Numbered from the stretch's first letter, positions 27,825 through 37,351 are shown. The stretch: 64,000 nt of DNA from Sedimentisphaerales bacterium (GCA_035528395.1 DATKYR010000119.1:1702-65701); one strand, 5' to 3'. The notes: generated by a model from the sequence alone, not told the origin. Translations and numbers: made by a program.

Positions 27825-28838
27825 CTATTGTTTTTTCTTCGGCTTTGCAATGGAGTCGCGCATCGACGTATCGGCCATGATGTTTTTCATTCTATAATAG
27901 TCCATAATGCCGAGGTTGCCCTTCTGGAAGGCTTCAGCCATCGCTAATGGTATCTTTGCTTCGTTTTCCACTACGAGCGCCCGCATTTCCTGCTCGCGCG
28001 CGAATGCCATTGCCCGGCGTTTTTCCGCCTCGGCCTGTGCCCGAACTAAATCTGCTTGGGCCTGGTTCTTCTGCAGCACTGCGCCGACATTTTCACCGAC
28101 ATCGACGTCGGCTATATCAATAGAGAGAATCTCATAAGCCGTTCCGGCATCAAGCCCTTTGGCAAGAACCGTTTTTGAAATCTTGTCCGGGTTCTCTAAA
28201 ACGCTTTTATACGTTATTGCACTGCCGATAGTGGTAACAATTCCTTCGCCCACGCGAGCGATAATTGTCTCCTGGGTGGCACCGCCTATCAGTCTTTCGA
28301 TATTGGCCCGGACGGTTATGCGCGCCTTTGCCTTCAACTGAATCCCATCCTGAGCAACTGCATCTATCGTGCCTCTGCTCTTCTGGGGGTCTGGGCAATC
28401 TATTACCTTGGGGTTGACGCTTGTCTGGACCGCTTCGAGAATGTCACGACCGGCCAGGTCGATTGCCGTGGCCGTCTGCAAAGACAAATCGATATTTGCC
28501 CTGCTGGCGGCTATTAAGGCGCGAACAACGTTTGGAACATTGCCGCGGGCCAAATAATGGCTTTCCAGGTCCCTTGTCGTAAGTGTCAATCCTGCCTGAA
28601 TCGCCGTTATTTTACTAATAACTATTGTTCTTATATCGACCTTTCTCAGCCACATCCCGATAAGCTCGGAGAATTTGACGTCGGCTCGCGATAGTTTGGC
28701 CTGCAGCCACAGCCGGAAGAATTTTAAGAACAGCATCAGGAACACAAAAGCGACAAGAAGGACTATGACCAAAAGAGCTATTCCGACGATTTTTACAGGT
28801 TCGGTCTGGGCCAGAATCGTGTTTGTTAAGTTATACAT
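27825..28838 (-). CDS. floA: flotillin-like protein FloA (YqfA/UPF0365 family, SPFH domain)
   Basis: The N-terminal TM, then [15 protein letters not shown]...LIGMWLRKV...[11 protein letters not shown]...[21 protein letters not shown], is the characteristic FloA sequence pattern. It follows two NfeD genes, as in Bacillus yqeZ-yqfA. Confidence 0.85.
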   Translation of the reverse strand: MYNLTNTILAQTEPVKIVGIALLVIVLLVAFVFLMLFLKFFRLWLQAKLSRADVKFSELIGMWLRKVDIRTIVISKITAIQAGLTLTTRDLESHYLARGNVPNVVRALIAASRANIDLSLQTATAIDLAGRDILEAVQTSVNPKVIDCPDPQKSRGTIDAVAQDGIQLKAKARITVRANIERLIGGATQETIIARVGEGIVTTIGSAITYKSVLENPDKISKTVLAKGLDAGTAYEILSIDIADVDVGENVGAVLQKNQAQADLVRAQAEAEKRRAMAFAREQEMRALVVENEAKIPLAMAEAFQKGNLGIMDYYRMKNIMADTSMRDSIAKPKKKQ

Positions 28839-28853
28839 ATTTTTGTCCTTTCA

Positions 28854-29354
28854 TTAACTATCTTCATCTTCTATTTTACGAACGGTCAACTGTGTACTCT
28901 CCACATCAATAACCTTGACCTTTTTACCTTTATCAATATATCCGCCTTCAGCCACACATTCAACTCTTTGTCCTGCAAAATCACACATCCCTACCGGCCG
29001 CAACGGTGTAAGCACGACACCGACCTCACCAAGCAGCTCTTTTAATTCGGACGTATCAGGTATGGCGTCGCCCTGCTGCCGTTCGGGGGGAGTAAGTGTA
29101 ACGCTTTTGCCGAATCTGGTTTTTGGGAATATCCTGTAAGCAAAAATCAGGACTCCCGGTATCATTACAAATGCGATACCTACCCCTATCCAGCCGGCCA
29201 TCGCACTGTGCTGAAAAAATATCACTGCACCGCCGATTAAACACGCCAGCGCGCAGAGACTTATCAGCCCGCCGCTCGGCACGAATACTTCCGCTATTAT
29301 CAGAACCGCACAGGCAAAATAAAGAAAAATAGCAAAAAACAGCCACCAACCCAT
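28854..29354 (-). CDS. NfeD family protein, short form (membrane domain + C-terminal OB-fold)
   Basis: Three TM segments followed by GEVGVVLTPLRPVGMCDFAGQRVECVAEGGYIDKGKKVKV, typical of the NfeD C-terminal domain. Confidence 0.75.
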   Translation of the reverse strand: MGWWLFFAIFLYFACAVLIIAEVFVPSGGLISLCALACLIGGAVIFFQHSAMAGWIGVGIAFVMIPGVLIFAYRIFPKTRFGKSVTLTPPERQQGDAIPDTSELKELLGEVGVVLTPLRPVGMCDFAGQRVECVAEGGYIDKGKKVKVIDVESTQLTVRKIEDEDS

Positions 29355-29395
29355 TAGCTTATCCCTCTAATTTTTACCACTAAGGTACATGTAAA

Positions 29396-29519
29396 GTGCC
29401 TAAAGCGACACGTAAGTGTCATCCTGAGGCGAAGCCGAAGGATCTGGCCAACGAAAAAGAGATTCTTCACTTTGCTGCGCTGCGTTCAGAATGACAGCAA
29501 AGCTGTCACTTTAGCTCAC
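29396..29519 (-). mobile_element. MITE-like palindromic element, family C copy 1 (124 bp), inverted relative to copy 2
   Basis: Its reverse complement aligns almost base-for-base with 48732..48878, apart from a 23-nt indel. Termini are GTGCCTAAAGCGACA / TGTCACTTTAGCTCAC. It lies between two co-directional NfeD genes. Confidence 0.75.
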
Positions 29520-29540
29520 TTTAGCTCACTTTAGCTCACT
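29511..29540. repeat. tandem 10-mer TTAGCTCACT x3 derived from the family C terminus
   Basis: Three perfect units. The last unit supplies the TGA stop (29536-29538) of the long NfeD gene. Confidence 0.8.
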
Positions 29541-31068
29541 TCGCTTTAACTACAACTCTATTACCATGAATTTCAATTATCTCGACCTTTGTGCCTTTGT
29601 CAAGGAACTCGGCCTCAGCTACTACATCTACTATCGCATCGCCGAATTTTGCTTTTCCTGTGGGCCTTAGTATCGAAACCACTTCACCTGCATCGCCCAG
29701 ATTTACGCTTACGGTTTTACTTTCGGGCGGAGTAGTCATGCTCAATGGTATTTCACCGCTCTGCCTTGGGACCGCCGGGGCAAGTATCAGCCCGCTAAGG
29801 AACTGAATACGCGGCAGATATTTTGACAACAGCCACGCCAAAACAATAAATCCGACAAATCCCATCGATAGCCCTACGACCCCCCAAGTGAAATCACTCC
29901 AGGCAATTGCATCTTGGGGCCAGGGTAATTTTTCCGGCGGATTCTTGATGAGCATACCGAATAAGCCGGCGAAAATGCATACAATTCCCGAAAAGCCTGC
30001 GATCCCAAAACCAGGCAGGATTAAAAATTCGACCAGGAGCAGAAGTATTCCTAAAAGAAATAACGCTACTTCCACCCAGTTGGCTAATCCGACAAGGTAT
30101 TTACTGCCAATTATGATTGTAAAGCATATAACCGCCGCCAGGCCGGGCAGACCCACACCCGGGGTGTTAAATTCAATATAAACGCCCAACAAGGCGAGCA
30201 TAACAAGCACGGCCATCGCTGCCGGTGAGTTTAACCATCGAACCATTTCTTCCGACCAGTTGGTCCTAAGCACCATTGGTTCGCCGACAAAGGTTACGCC
30301 GTCGCGTTTGGCCAAGAATTCAAGGGCTCCTGCCCGGTCTTCGACCTGTGCTCTGGCTACGCCGTATTCGAGAGCTTTAGAAGCAGTCAGCGTCAAAAGC
30401 TCATCATCTTTGACAATTAGCTCCTGGTTGTCCAGGTCATAAGTATTTGGGTCTTTGGGCAATTGCTCGCTCTCGAAATACTCAGACTTGCCGGTTTGCA
30501 GATTTTTTACTCTGTAGACCTTTGTTTGCATGGTAACCATAGCTTTTAGCAGCGGCGCTGGATATCCGTTTGCTTCCGCGGCCCGCATAAACGCTGCGCG
30601 GGTAAAGCTTTCGACTTTTTCCCGTTCAACACCCTCGAGTTTACCGCCGAGCACAATCGGAGCGCAATCGCCTATGGTTGTGTTCTCGCGCATTATTATG
30701 TCCTGACAGGAGACGCTTATCATCGCACCGGCTGATATAGCTTCGGTAGTTATGTAAGCAACGGTGTGGGCTTTTTTGCCTATATCGAGTATGAAGTATT
30801 TGGATATATCATCCGCTGACTGGAGAAGACCACCGTAGGTCCCTATTTCATAAATCAGGTATTCCACCTCTTCATTAAGGGCGGTTTGTGTTCTGCGCTG
30901 GATGGATTTGTAAAGCCCATTGTCAATCATCCCCTCACAGATGATTACTGCTGCCTTTGCACCTGGCGTCTCTGCCGGGGCGTTGCTGAATTCTTCTGCC
31001 ATAACAGCCCCCCAAAGCAATAAGAGGCACGGCAGAACAATTGCAATTTTTCGAAGTGCAAGTTTCAT
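29536..31068 (-). CDS. NfeD family membrane-bound ClpP-class serine protease (long form, YqeZ-like)
   Basis: Start set at MKLALRKIAIVLPCLLLL (signal/anchor). Has a ClpP-like N-terminal domain, four to five TM segments and a C-terminal OB-fold (GEVVSILRPTGKAKFGDAIVDVVAEAEFLDKGTKVEI). Confidence 0.75.
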   Translation of the reverse strand: MKLALRKIAIVLPCLLLLWGAVMAEEFSNAPAETPGAKAAVIICEGMIDNGLYKSIQRRTQTALNEEVEYLIYEIGTYGGLLQSADDISKYFILDIGKKAHTVAYITTEAISAGAMISVSCQDIIMRENTTIGDCAPIVLGGKLEGVEREKVESFTRAAFMRAAEANGYPAPLLKAMVTMQTKVYRVKNLQTGKSEYFESEQLPKDPNTYDLDNQELIVKDDELLTLTASKALEYGVARAQVEDRAGALEFLAKRDGVTFVGEPMVLRTNWSEEMVRWLNSPAAMAVLVMLALLGVYIEFNTPGVGLPGLAAVICFTIIIGSKYLVGLANWVEVALFLLGILLLLVEFLILPGFGIAGFSGIVCIFAGLFGMLIKNPPEKLPWPQDAIAWSDFTWGVVGLSMGFVGFIVLAWLLSKYLPRIQFLSGLILAPAVPRQSGEIPLSMTTPPESKTVSVNLGDAGEVVSILRPTGKAKFGDAIVDVVAEAEFLDKGTKVEIIEIHGNRVVVKAK

Positions 31069-31179
31069 ACTAAGAATTCTACCTCTATATTGCGAATTTG
31101 GCAATATAAATAACGCTTAGCATAAAATATTGTCGTTCCCGCATAAAATTGCTACTCCTGCCGAAGCAGGGGCAGGAAT

Positions 31180-32898
31180 CTACGACAAATCTGCCACTTT
31201 TGGCTTGACGCCCTCCCAGTGCAGCCCGCCTATTACCGCTTGTGCGATATTCGTGAGGTGATCGCCGATTTTTTCGACATTGTCAACCAGGTCGATAAAT
31301 ACTAATCCTGCTTCTGGTGAGCACACGCTATCGCTCATACGCTGAACATGGCTGCGACGAAAATCCATCTGCATCTTGTTGATGTTGCCCTCATTGACCA
31401 GAGCTGACTTGCCTGCCTTAATGTCACTGTTTTCCAGAGCTTCTATGATGTATTCAAACATCTGCTCTATTTCGCTTCTAAGTTGGTCAATCTCAGCCAG
31501 TGCCAAGTCGCTAAATGAAAGCTTTTTGTCAATTTTCCGCTCAGAGATTTCGACAATATTAACGGCGTGGTCGCCTATACGCTCGAGGTCGTTGACCGTG
31601 TGCAAAAGAACCGGCAACTCGACGGATACTTCATCGGATAGTTGTCTGCGTGATAATATCGAAAGATATGATGTAATTTCATACTGGAATTCGTCTATAA
31701 AATCCTCTATTTGTCTTACCGATTCGAGCTTTCTTCTGTCATCATTAACAATTCCGCTGATAGACTGCTCAAGGGCTGTTTTTGCAGTTTTTGCCATACG
31801 TACTATTTCACGCCTTGACTGTTCCAGTGCTATTACCGGTGTATCAAGAAGGTGGTACTCGAGTACAACCGGCTTAGCTGCCAAATCACCTGGTTTTTCG
31901 GGCAAAAATTTGACAACTAATTTCTCTAACACACCTGCCAATGGCAAGAATATGCCGGAATTGACAACGTTAAAAAGAGTGTGCGCGATCGCAATATTGG
32001 CTGCAATAGTGCCGGGCCCGAGTTTCCAGGGAGAAATTACATGAACCAAAGCACCAAACCAACCCGCATAAATAAATGGATAAGCTATGCCCGCGCCGAG
32101 AACGTTAAATATTGTGTGTGCCCATGCCGTGCGCTTCGCATTTAGATTCGCCTGCAGTGCCGCAAGCTGAGCTGTAATTGTTGTTCCGATATTGCTGCCT
32201 AACACGAACGGTACCGAAACATTGAGCACTGTTTGCCAGTCGCTCCCGAAAGCTCCTCCCATGGCCAGCAATTGCACGATAGCGATTGCGGCCGAGCTGC
32301 TTTGAAGAAGCGTTGTTATTACCGCCCCGGCCAAAATTGCTAATAGAGGCTTGTTGCCCAGAGCCACGAAAAGCTCTTGTACTTTCGGGCTTTCCTTCAA
32401 CGGATCGAAACCGGCCTTCATAAAACCGATGCCGACAAACAGTATTCCGAACCCCAGCAGTATTTGTCCCGTACTTTTGGTTCTCCGTGTTTTACCCAAC
32501 GTCCGCATGAAGAATCCTATGCCAACTGCAGGAAGAGCATAAGCTGTAATCTTAAGGGCACCAATTCCTGATATGGACACTAACCACGCCGTTGCCGTTG
32601 TGCCCACATTTGTTCCAATAATTACGCATATCGCCTGTCTGAGCGTCAGCAGTGCGGCATTAACGAATCCGATAACCATAACGGTCGTAGCAGAGCTGGA
32701 TTGAACTAAAGCCGTAACACCTGCGCCGACAAGAAAAGCAATCAGGGGTCTCCTGGTCATTGACTCAACTATCTTCCTGAGCCTTTGGCCGGCGACTTTT
32801 TTCAGCCCGTCCGACATTAGACCCATACCAAACAAAAACAAACCCAACCCCCCCACTGTTCCGAATAGCATCTCCCTTAAAATTAACTCTTTTGTCAT
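31180..32898 (-). CDS. Na+/phosphate cotransporter family protein with C-terminal PhoU-like domains (NptA/YjbB type), copy 1
   Basis: Has duplicated Na_Pi_cotrans motifs (LVQSSSATTVMVIGF; LLQSSSAAIAIVQ) and paired PhoU-type helices with DLERIGDHAVNI and NVEKIGDHLTNI. Confidence 0.85.
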   Translation of the reverse strand: MTKELILREMLFGTVGGLGLFLFGMGLMSDGLKKVAGQRLRKIVESMTRRPLIAFLVGAGVTALVQSSSATTVMVIGFVNAALLTLRQAICVIIGTNVGTTATAWLVSISGIGALKITAYALPAVGIGFFMRTLGKTRRTKSTGQILLGFGILFVGIGFMKAGFDPLKESPKVQELFVALGNKPLLAILAGAVITTLLQSSSAAIAIVQLLAMGGAFGSDWQTVLNVSVPFVLGSNIGTTITAQLAALQANLNAKRTAWAHTIFNVLGAGIAYPFIYAGWFGALVHVISPWKLGPGTIAANIAIAHTLFNVVNSGIFLPLAGVLEKLVVKFLPEKPGDLAAKPVVLEYHLLDTPVIALEQSRREIVRMAKTAKTALEQSISGIVNDDRRKLESVRQIEDFIDEFQYEITSYLSILSRRQLSDEVSVELPVLLHTVNDLERIGDHAVNIVEISERKIDKKLSFSDLALAEIDQLRSEIEQMFEYIIEALENSDIKAGKSALVNEGNINKMQMDFRRSHVQRMSDSVCSPEAGLVFIDLVDNVEKIGDHLTNIAQAVIGGLHWEGVKPKVADLS

Positions 32899-32950
32899 AT
32901 TGGTTCCTTACATCGTATTGTATATCGCATCATAGACCAATGGCGCGGCA

Positions 32951-32979
32951 GTTTTATCTGTTTTGGTATCACCGGTCAA
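32951..32979 (-). promoter_or_regulatory. sigma70-like promoter TTGACC - 17 nt - TAAAAC for Na/Pi copy 1
   Basis: The minus-strand sequence is CGCTTGACCGGTgataccaaaacagaTAAAACTGCCGC. The same blocks and spacing occur at 34783..34811. Confidence 0.55.
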
Positions 32980-33011
32980 GCGAGTTTTTCTATGATTGCA
33001 AGCTTTGTTTT

Positions 33012-34730
33012 TTAAGCTTTGTCAATATCTCGTTCGGGATTGGTATAAATTTTCGGCTCGACCTCCGCCCATTGTAGGCCGCCTATTACCGCTTGTGCGA
33101 TATTGGTGAGGTGGTCGCCGACTTTTTCCACATTGTCGACCAGGTCGCAGAATATCAGCCCTGCCTCAGGCGAGCAGAGGCCCTCGCTCATTCGCTGAAC
33201 ATGGCTTCGGCGAAAATCCATCTGCATCTTGTTGAGGTTATCTTCATTAACCAACGCTGATTTGGCGGCTTCAGTATCATTATTTTCCAGGGCTGTTATG
33301 ATATAATCACACATCTGCTCTGCCTCTTTTTTCAATTGAGCAGCATCGGTCAGTGCTAAGTCGCTAAAGATAAGCTTTTGCTCTATTTTTCGTTCAGCAA
33401 TCTCGACAATGTTTACAGCGTGGTCACCTATACGCTCGAGGTCATTAATCGTATGCAACAACACCGGCAATTGCACGGACATCTCATTGGAAAGCGCCTT
33501 CGTTGATAAAGCCGCAAGGTATGATGTGATTTCGTACTGGAGAGTATCCGTTATATCTTCGGTCGTCCGCGCAATATCAAGTTTTCTCATGTTATTTTCA
33601 ACAAGCCCGTCCACTGCCTGATTAACCGCCCTTTTGGAAGCTCGTGCCATCCGCGCTATCTCACGCCGGGCCTGATCCATAGCCAACTCCGGCGTTGCCA
33701 ACAAGTGTCGTTCCAATACCGTCGGCTGAAGCAGTAACTCGCCCGGCTTTTGCGGTACCAGCTTAAGTACCAGTTTTTCCAGGACACCCGTCAGAGGCAG
33801 GAAGAATGCCGCCTCGAATATCTTTATGGTTGTATGAGTAACCGCGATGGAGACGGCAATCGTTGTTTCGTTGAGTCCCCAGGGTGTGATTATATCAACA
33901 AGTTTGCCCACCTGAGCGATGAACCAGAAACAGATAAAAGCCCCGATAACATTGAACATCGTATGTGCCCAGGCAGCTCGACGCGCGTTGCGATTGGCCT
34001 GAAGGGCCGCAAGCTGAGCCGTAATTGTTGTGCCGATGTTATCACCGAGTATGAACGGTATTACCACCAGTAAAACCTGTTTCCAGTCATTACCGAACGC
34101 TCCCTGAATAGCCAGCATCTGAATCAATGCAACCGAAGCCGAGCTGCTTTGCAGCAGCATTGTTATGACTGTTCCAGCCAAAATGGCCAAAAGCGGATTA
34201 CGCCCAAACCATATCAATGCTTTATGTGCGCCTTCACTCTCTTTCAGAGGGATGAAGGCGTCTTTCATAAAACATATGCCAATAAACAAAATGCCAAAAC
34301 CGACGAGGATTTGCCCTACATTTTTCGACCTTTGTGTTCTACTGAATATCTGAAGGGCAAATCCGATAGCAACGGCTGGAAGTGCGTAATCAGTCACCTT
34401 GAATGCCTCAAACCCTGAAATGGAAACCAGCCAAGCCGTCGCTGTTGTGCCGACATTCGTGCCGATAATTACGGATATTGCCTGTTTGAGAGTAAGCAGT
34501 CCTGCGTTCACGAAGCCGACCACCATAACGGTTGCAGCAGAGCTCGACTGGATTAAAGCTGTGGTGCCGGCACCAACCAGAAAACCAAAAATCCGTCTTT
34601 TGGTCATTGATTCAAGGATGTTTTTAAGTTTCTTGCCAGCGACTTTTTTAAGGCCGTCAGACATCTGCATCATACCATACAGAAATAGCCCCAACCCCCC
34701 TGCTGTGCCGAAAATCATATCTGTGGTCAT
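33012..34730 (-). CDS. Na+/phosphate cotransporter family protein with PhoU-like domains, copy 2 (tandem paralogue)
   Basis: Same length (572 aa) and collinear with copy 1. Motifs: LIQSSSAATVMVVGF, DLERIGDHAVNI, NVEKVGDHLTNI. Confidence 0.85.
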   Translation of the reverse strand: MTTDMIFGTAGGLGLFLYGMMQMSDGLKKVAGKKLKNILESMTKRRIFGFLVGAGTTALIQSSSAATVMVVGFVNAGLLTLKQAISVIIGTNVGTTATAWLVSISGFEAFKVTDYALPAVAIGFALQIFSRTQRSKNVGQILVGFGILFIGICFMKDAFIPLKESEGAHKALIWFGRNPLLAILAGTVITMLLQSSSASVALIQMLAIQGAFGNDWKQVLLVVIPFILGDNIGTTITAQLAALQANRNARRAAWAHTMFNVIGAFICFWFIAQVGKLVDIITPWGLNETTIAVSIAVTHTTIKIFEAAFFLPLTGVLEKLVLKLVPQKPGELLLQPTVLERHLLATPELAMDQARREIARMARASKRAVNQAVDGLVENNMRKLDIARTTEDITDTLQYEITSYLAALSTKALSNEMSVQLPVLLHTINDLERIGDHAVNIVEIAERKIEQKLIFSDLALTDAAQLKKEAEQMCDYIITALENNDTEAAKSALVNEDNLNKMQMDFRRSHVQRMSEGLCSPEAGLIFCDLVDNVEKVGDHLTNIAQAVIGGLQWAEVEPKIYTNPERDIDKA

Positions 34731-34782
34731 ATCGGTTCCTTACAGGGCCATTGAAAAGTGAAAGATTTATAATCGTGCGGCA

Positions 34783-34811
34783 GTTTTATTTGTTTTTGCT
34801 TAACCGGTCAA
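34783..34811 (-). promoter_or_regulatory. sigma70-like promoter TTGACC - 17 nt - TAAAAC for Na/Pi copy 2
   Basis: The minus-strand sequence is CGCTTGACCGGTtaagcaaaaacaaaTAAAACTGCCGC, conserved with 32951..32979. Confidence 0.55.
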
Positions 34812-34865
34812 GCGAAAAAAAACAAATATCAAAATTGCAATCTAAACTCTTGAATTTTGATTTTT

Positions 34866-35972
34866 CTATAGGCTGCGGAGAATTTCTATTCCCTCTTGTA
34901 TCTTGGCGTCACTGGTCGCGTAACTTATCCTGAAGTGTGTATCTTTCTCACTGAACACATTACCCGGTATAATGAGCACATTATTTTTAATCGCCTTTTC
35001 TACGAATTTACTTCCTGACCCACCCGGCGCTTTAACGAACGCATAAAACGCTCCGCCCGGCTTAACCAGCTCAAACTTGTCCTTCAACCCATCATAGAGA
35101 AGGTCCCTTTTCCTTCTGTATGCATCAACGAAATCACTTGTCTCGTAATCCAGCGCTGCGACAGCCGCCTTCTGGAAAGGCGTAGGCGCACAGACAAACG
35201 TATATTGCTGTATCTTGGTCATCTCTTCGACTACGTTTTTAAGAGACTCACCGGCCGCAATATAACCCAGCCGCCAGCCGGTCATCGCATAAGACTTACT
35301 GAAGCCCCGAAGCAAAAGGGTCTTCTCGAAGTAATGAGCTATACTTGGGCACTCGCCGTCGTAGCAGAATCTCTCATATATTTCATCGGTCATAACGAGT
35401 ATATCTTTTTCCGCTGCAATCTCAGCTAATGCCTTTATCTGCTCTTCTGAATATACCACGCCGGTCGGATTACAGGGCGAATTGAGTATAATCATCTTGG
35501 TTTTGTTGGTTATCGCATCGGCTATTTTTTCAATCGGCAGCTCGAAATTCGGATAACTATCCACAAAGACACATCTCCCCCCCAACATATTGATTACGTG
35601 CTTATAAATTACGAAATATGGGTCGGGTATAATCACTTCGTCGTTTGGATTGATAAGCGCCAAAAATGCCAGCAGCAGCCCCCCACTGACACCACTGGCT
35701 ACAAGAACCGCCGGCTCCGACCAGCCGAACTCGTTCCTTACCTCATCGGCGATTCTTTTTTTCAGAATGGCGTCACCTGCCGTTTGGGAATATTTGTTGA
35801 TTCCATCTCGGATTGCCTTTATCGCTTCTTCTTTTAACGGTTCCGGCACATCGAAATCCGGCTGACCTATCGAAAAATTAACCGGGTCCTTCAGTGACGC
35901 CGCCAGCGCAAAGACTTTCCGTATCCCACTGGCGTCAATCAGTTTTGCCCTATTTGCAATAATATCTTTCAT
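34866..35972 (-). CDS. pyridoxal-phosphate-dependent aminotransferase, class I/II (aspartate/aromatic aminotransferase-like)
   Basis: PLP-lysine context SFSKSYAMTGWRLGY and NPCNPTG. The start is taken at MKDIIANR. The track start at 35999 is also possible. Confidence 0.8.
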   Translation of the reverse strand: MKDIIANRAKLIDASGIRKVFALAASLKDPVNFSIGQPDFDVPEPLKEEAIKAIRDGINKYSQTAGDAILKKRIADEVRNEFGWSEPAVLVASGVSGGLLLAFLALINPNDEVIIPDPYFVIYKHVINMLGGRCVFVDSYPNFELPIEKIADAITNKTKMIILNSPCNPTGVVYSEEQIKALAEIAAEKDILVMTDEIYERFCYDGECPSIAHYFEKTLLLRGFSKSYAMTGWRLGYIAAGESLKNVVEEMTKIQQYTFVCAPTPFQKAAVAALDYETSDFVDAYRRKRDLLYDGLKDKFELVKPGGAFYAFVKAPGGSGSKFVEKAIKNNVLIIPGNVFSEKDTHFRISYATSDAKIQEGIEILRSL

Positions 35973-36000
35973 TTGACAAGCGTAGCTAAAATCCCTCAAC

Positions 36001-36060
36001 CAATCACTAATTAATTATTCTCTAATTCTCTAATCACTAATTCACTAATCTCTAATCACT
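36001..36060. repeat. CTAAT-containing 7-8 nt oligomer array (six CTAAT copies)
   Basis: CTAAT occurs at 36007, 36022, 36030, 36037, 36045 and 36052. It fills the spacer between the amidohydrolase stop and the aminotransferase start. A related array is at 37051..37093. Confidence 0.75.
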
Positions 36061-37039
36061 TACCTATAAACTTATGGGTCTTCGGCTCAATACCTAATAT
36101 TTTTGCCACAGTCAGTCCCCACATCTTCTCGCGGGCGGCCTGGGGGACATTATTGGCATCCAGCATTTTTTGAAATCTCTCGATGTTTGTTATCAGCCCG
36201 CTTGGCCGTTCATCAGTGCCAAAAACGATATGCTCCCAGGCACCCGGTCCACCTTGAAGCGTATGTGGGTTTCTCTCTGCCTCGTCGCCGGCCCACCATA
36301 GTATCTCACTCATTCTCGCTAATTTGCCAAGCTTGATGAATTTCAGAAGTGTCGAACCGGTGACATCAAAATACAGCTTTGGATTCCACCGGGCCGCCTC
36401 CGCAGCTTCCTCATACCAGGGATTACCGAGGTGTGCACCCTGAACGGACAATCTCGGAAACTGCCGACAAATTGTGTCAAGATAAATCGGTCGCATCCTT
36501 GCCGATGAGCCCCACTGCGGTTCATCTTTAATCTGGTGAGACGAAATTCCGGTGTGAAACAGTGTGTGGAAACCGTATTCTTCACACAGCCGATATATCT
36601 GAAAATAGTCCGGGTCGTCGTAGTTTTTCTGCGGACTGTGAAATTTCATCCCGACAAAACCATTCTTCTTGAAAGTCTCCACTTCACGAATCGCATTTGG
36701 GTCGTCCAGATTAATGCGTCCACAGTTAATAAACACATCCGGATAGCCGGCGGCAGCATCTTTCATAAGCTTCATATCCTTCATCCAGGTCAGCACAAAG
36801 GCCATAGCATTACGCGGGCGATATGTCTTAAGCATTTGCTCGACCCAGGCCTCTGTGCCGCCGCAGTGAATATGTGAATCAAGAATGAACTTCGGAGCTT
36901 TTGCAGGATTACTGGTCGATAAGGCCGCTTTTGATTTAGGGGTTTTGCTTACCACGGTTAATGCCGAAGCCCCCACCGCTATCTTCGCACTATTGCCAAG
37001 AAATTCTCTTCTTCCTATTTTCTCCCGCAACCTGTCCAT
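36056..37039 (-). CDS. amidohydrolase-family (metal-dependent TIM-barrel hydrolase) protein with twin-arginine-type signal
   Basis: N-terminal RREFLGNSAKIAVGASAL. Has an HxH-type metal motif context DSHIHCGG and later HTGIS and FGTDE motifs. Confidence 0.7.
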   Translation of the reverse strand: MDRLREKIGRREFLGNSAKIAVGASALTVVSKTPKSKAALSTSNPAKAPKFILDSHIHCGGTEAWVEQMLKTYRPRNAMAFVLTWMKDMKLMKDAAAGYPDVFINCGRINLDDPNAIREVETFKKNGFVGMKFHSPQKNYDDPDYFQIYRLCEEYGFHTLFHTGISSHQIKDEPQWGSSARMRPIYLDTICRQFPRLSVQGAHLGNPWYEEAAEAARWNPKLYFDVTGSTLLKFIKLGKLARMSEILWWAGDEAERNPHTLQGGPGAWEHIVFGTDERPSGLITNIERFQKMLDANNVPQAAREKMWGLTVAKILGIEPKTHKFIGK

Positions 37040-37050
37040 TTTAAACTCCT

Positions 37051-37101
37051 ATCACTAACCAATCACTGGTCTCTAATTCACTAATCAACTAATTATACCA
37101 C
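37051..37101 (-). promoter_or_regulatory. extended -10 promoter (TGGTATAAT) followed by a leader made of TTAGTGA-type repeats
   Basis: The minus-strand sequence is cagTGGTATAATTAGTTGATTAGTGAATTAGAGACCAGTGATTGGTTAGTGATAGGAGTTTAAATG. The -10 is at 37092-37097, and an AGGAG Shine-Dalgarno precedes the ATG at 37039. Confidence 0.5.
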
Positions 37102-37351
37102 TGGCATCAATCCTACTTGTTCTATCTGCGAAGTTCCTTTCCATTTGTCGGTATCATAACCAAATCCCCTGAATAATCAATCGAAAACTAATGTGTCATT
37201 TCGAGTGCTGCCTGCCCTGAGTGAAGCCGAATGGGCGGGAATCCAGTTCCTGTAGTTCACACTTCGTAGTTCCTTGTTCGATATTGGGTATTCTTCGCCG
37301 CCATTGCGAGCGTAGTTTGTTGGGTACGCTGTGCATACCATCTCCTGATTT

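Noticed and set aside
29511-29540. Possible CRISPR-like array (also considered for 19624..19651, 36001..36060 and 40253..40301)
   Set aside because: The units are only 7-10 nt and directly tandem, without spacers. No cas genes are in the window, so these are simple-sequence or oligomer repeats.
31376-32044. 222-aa plus-strand ORF opposite Na/Pi cotransporter copy 1
   Set aside because: It is an antisense shadow ORF with a Ser-rich, low-complexity translation. The minus-strand gene has duplicated transporter and PhoU motifs.
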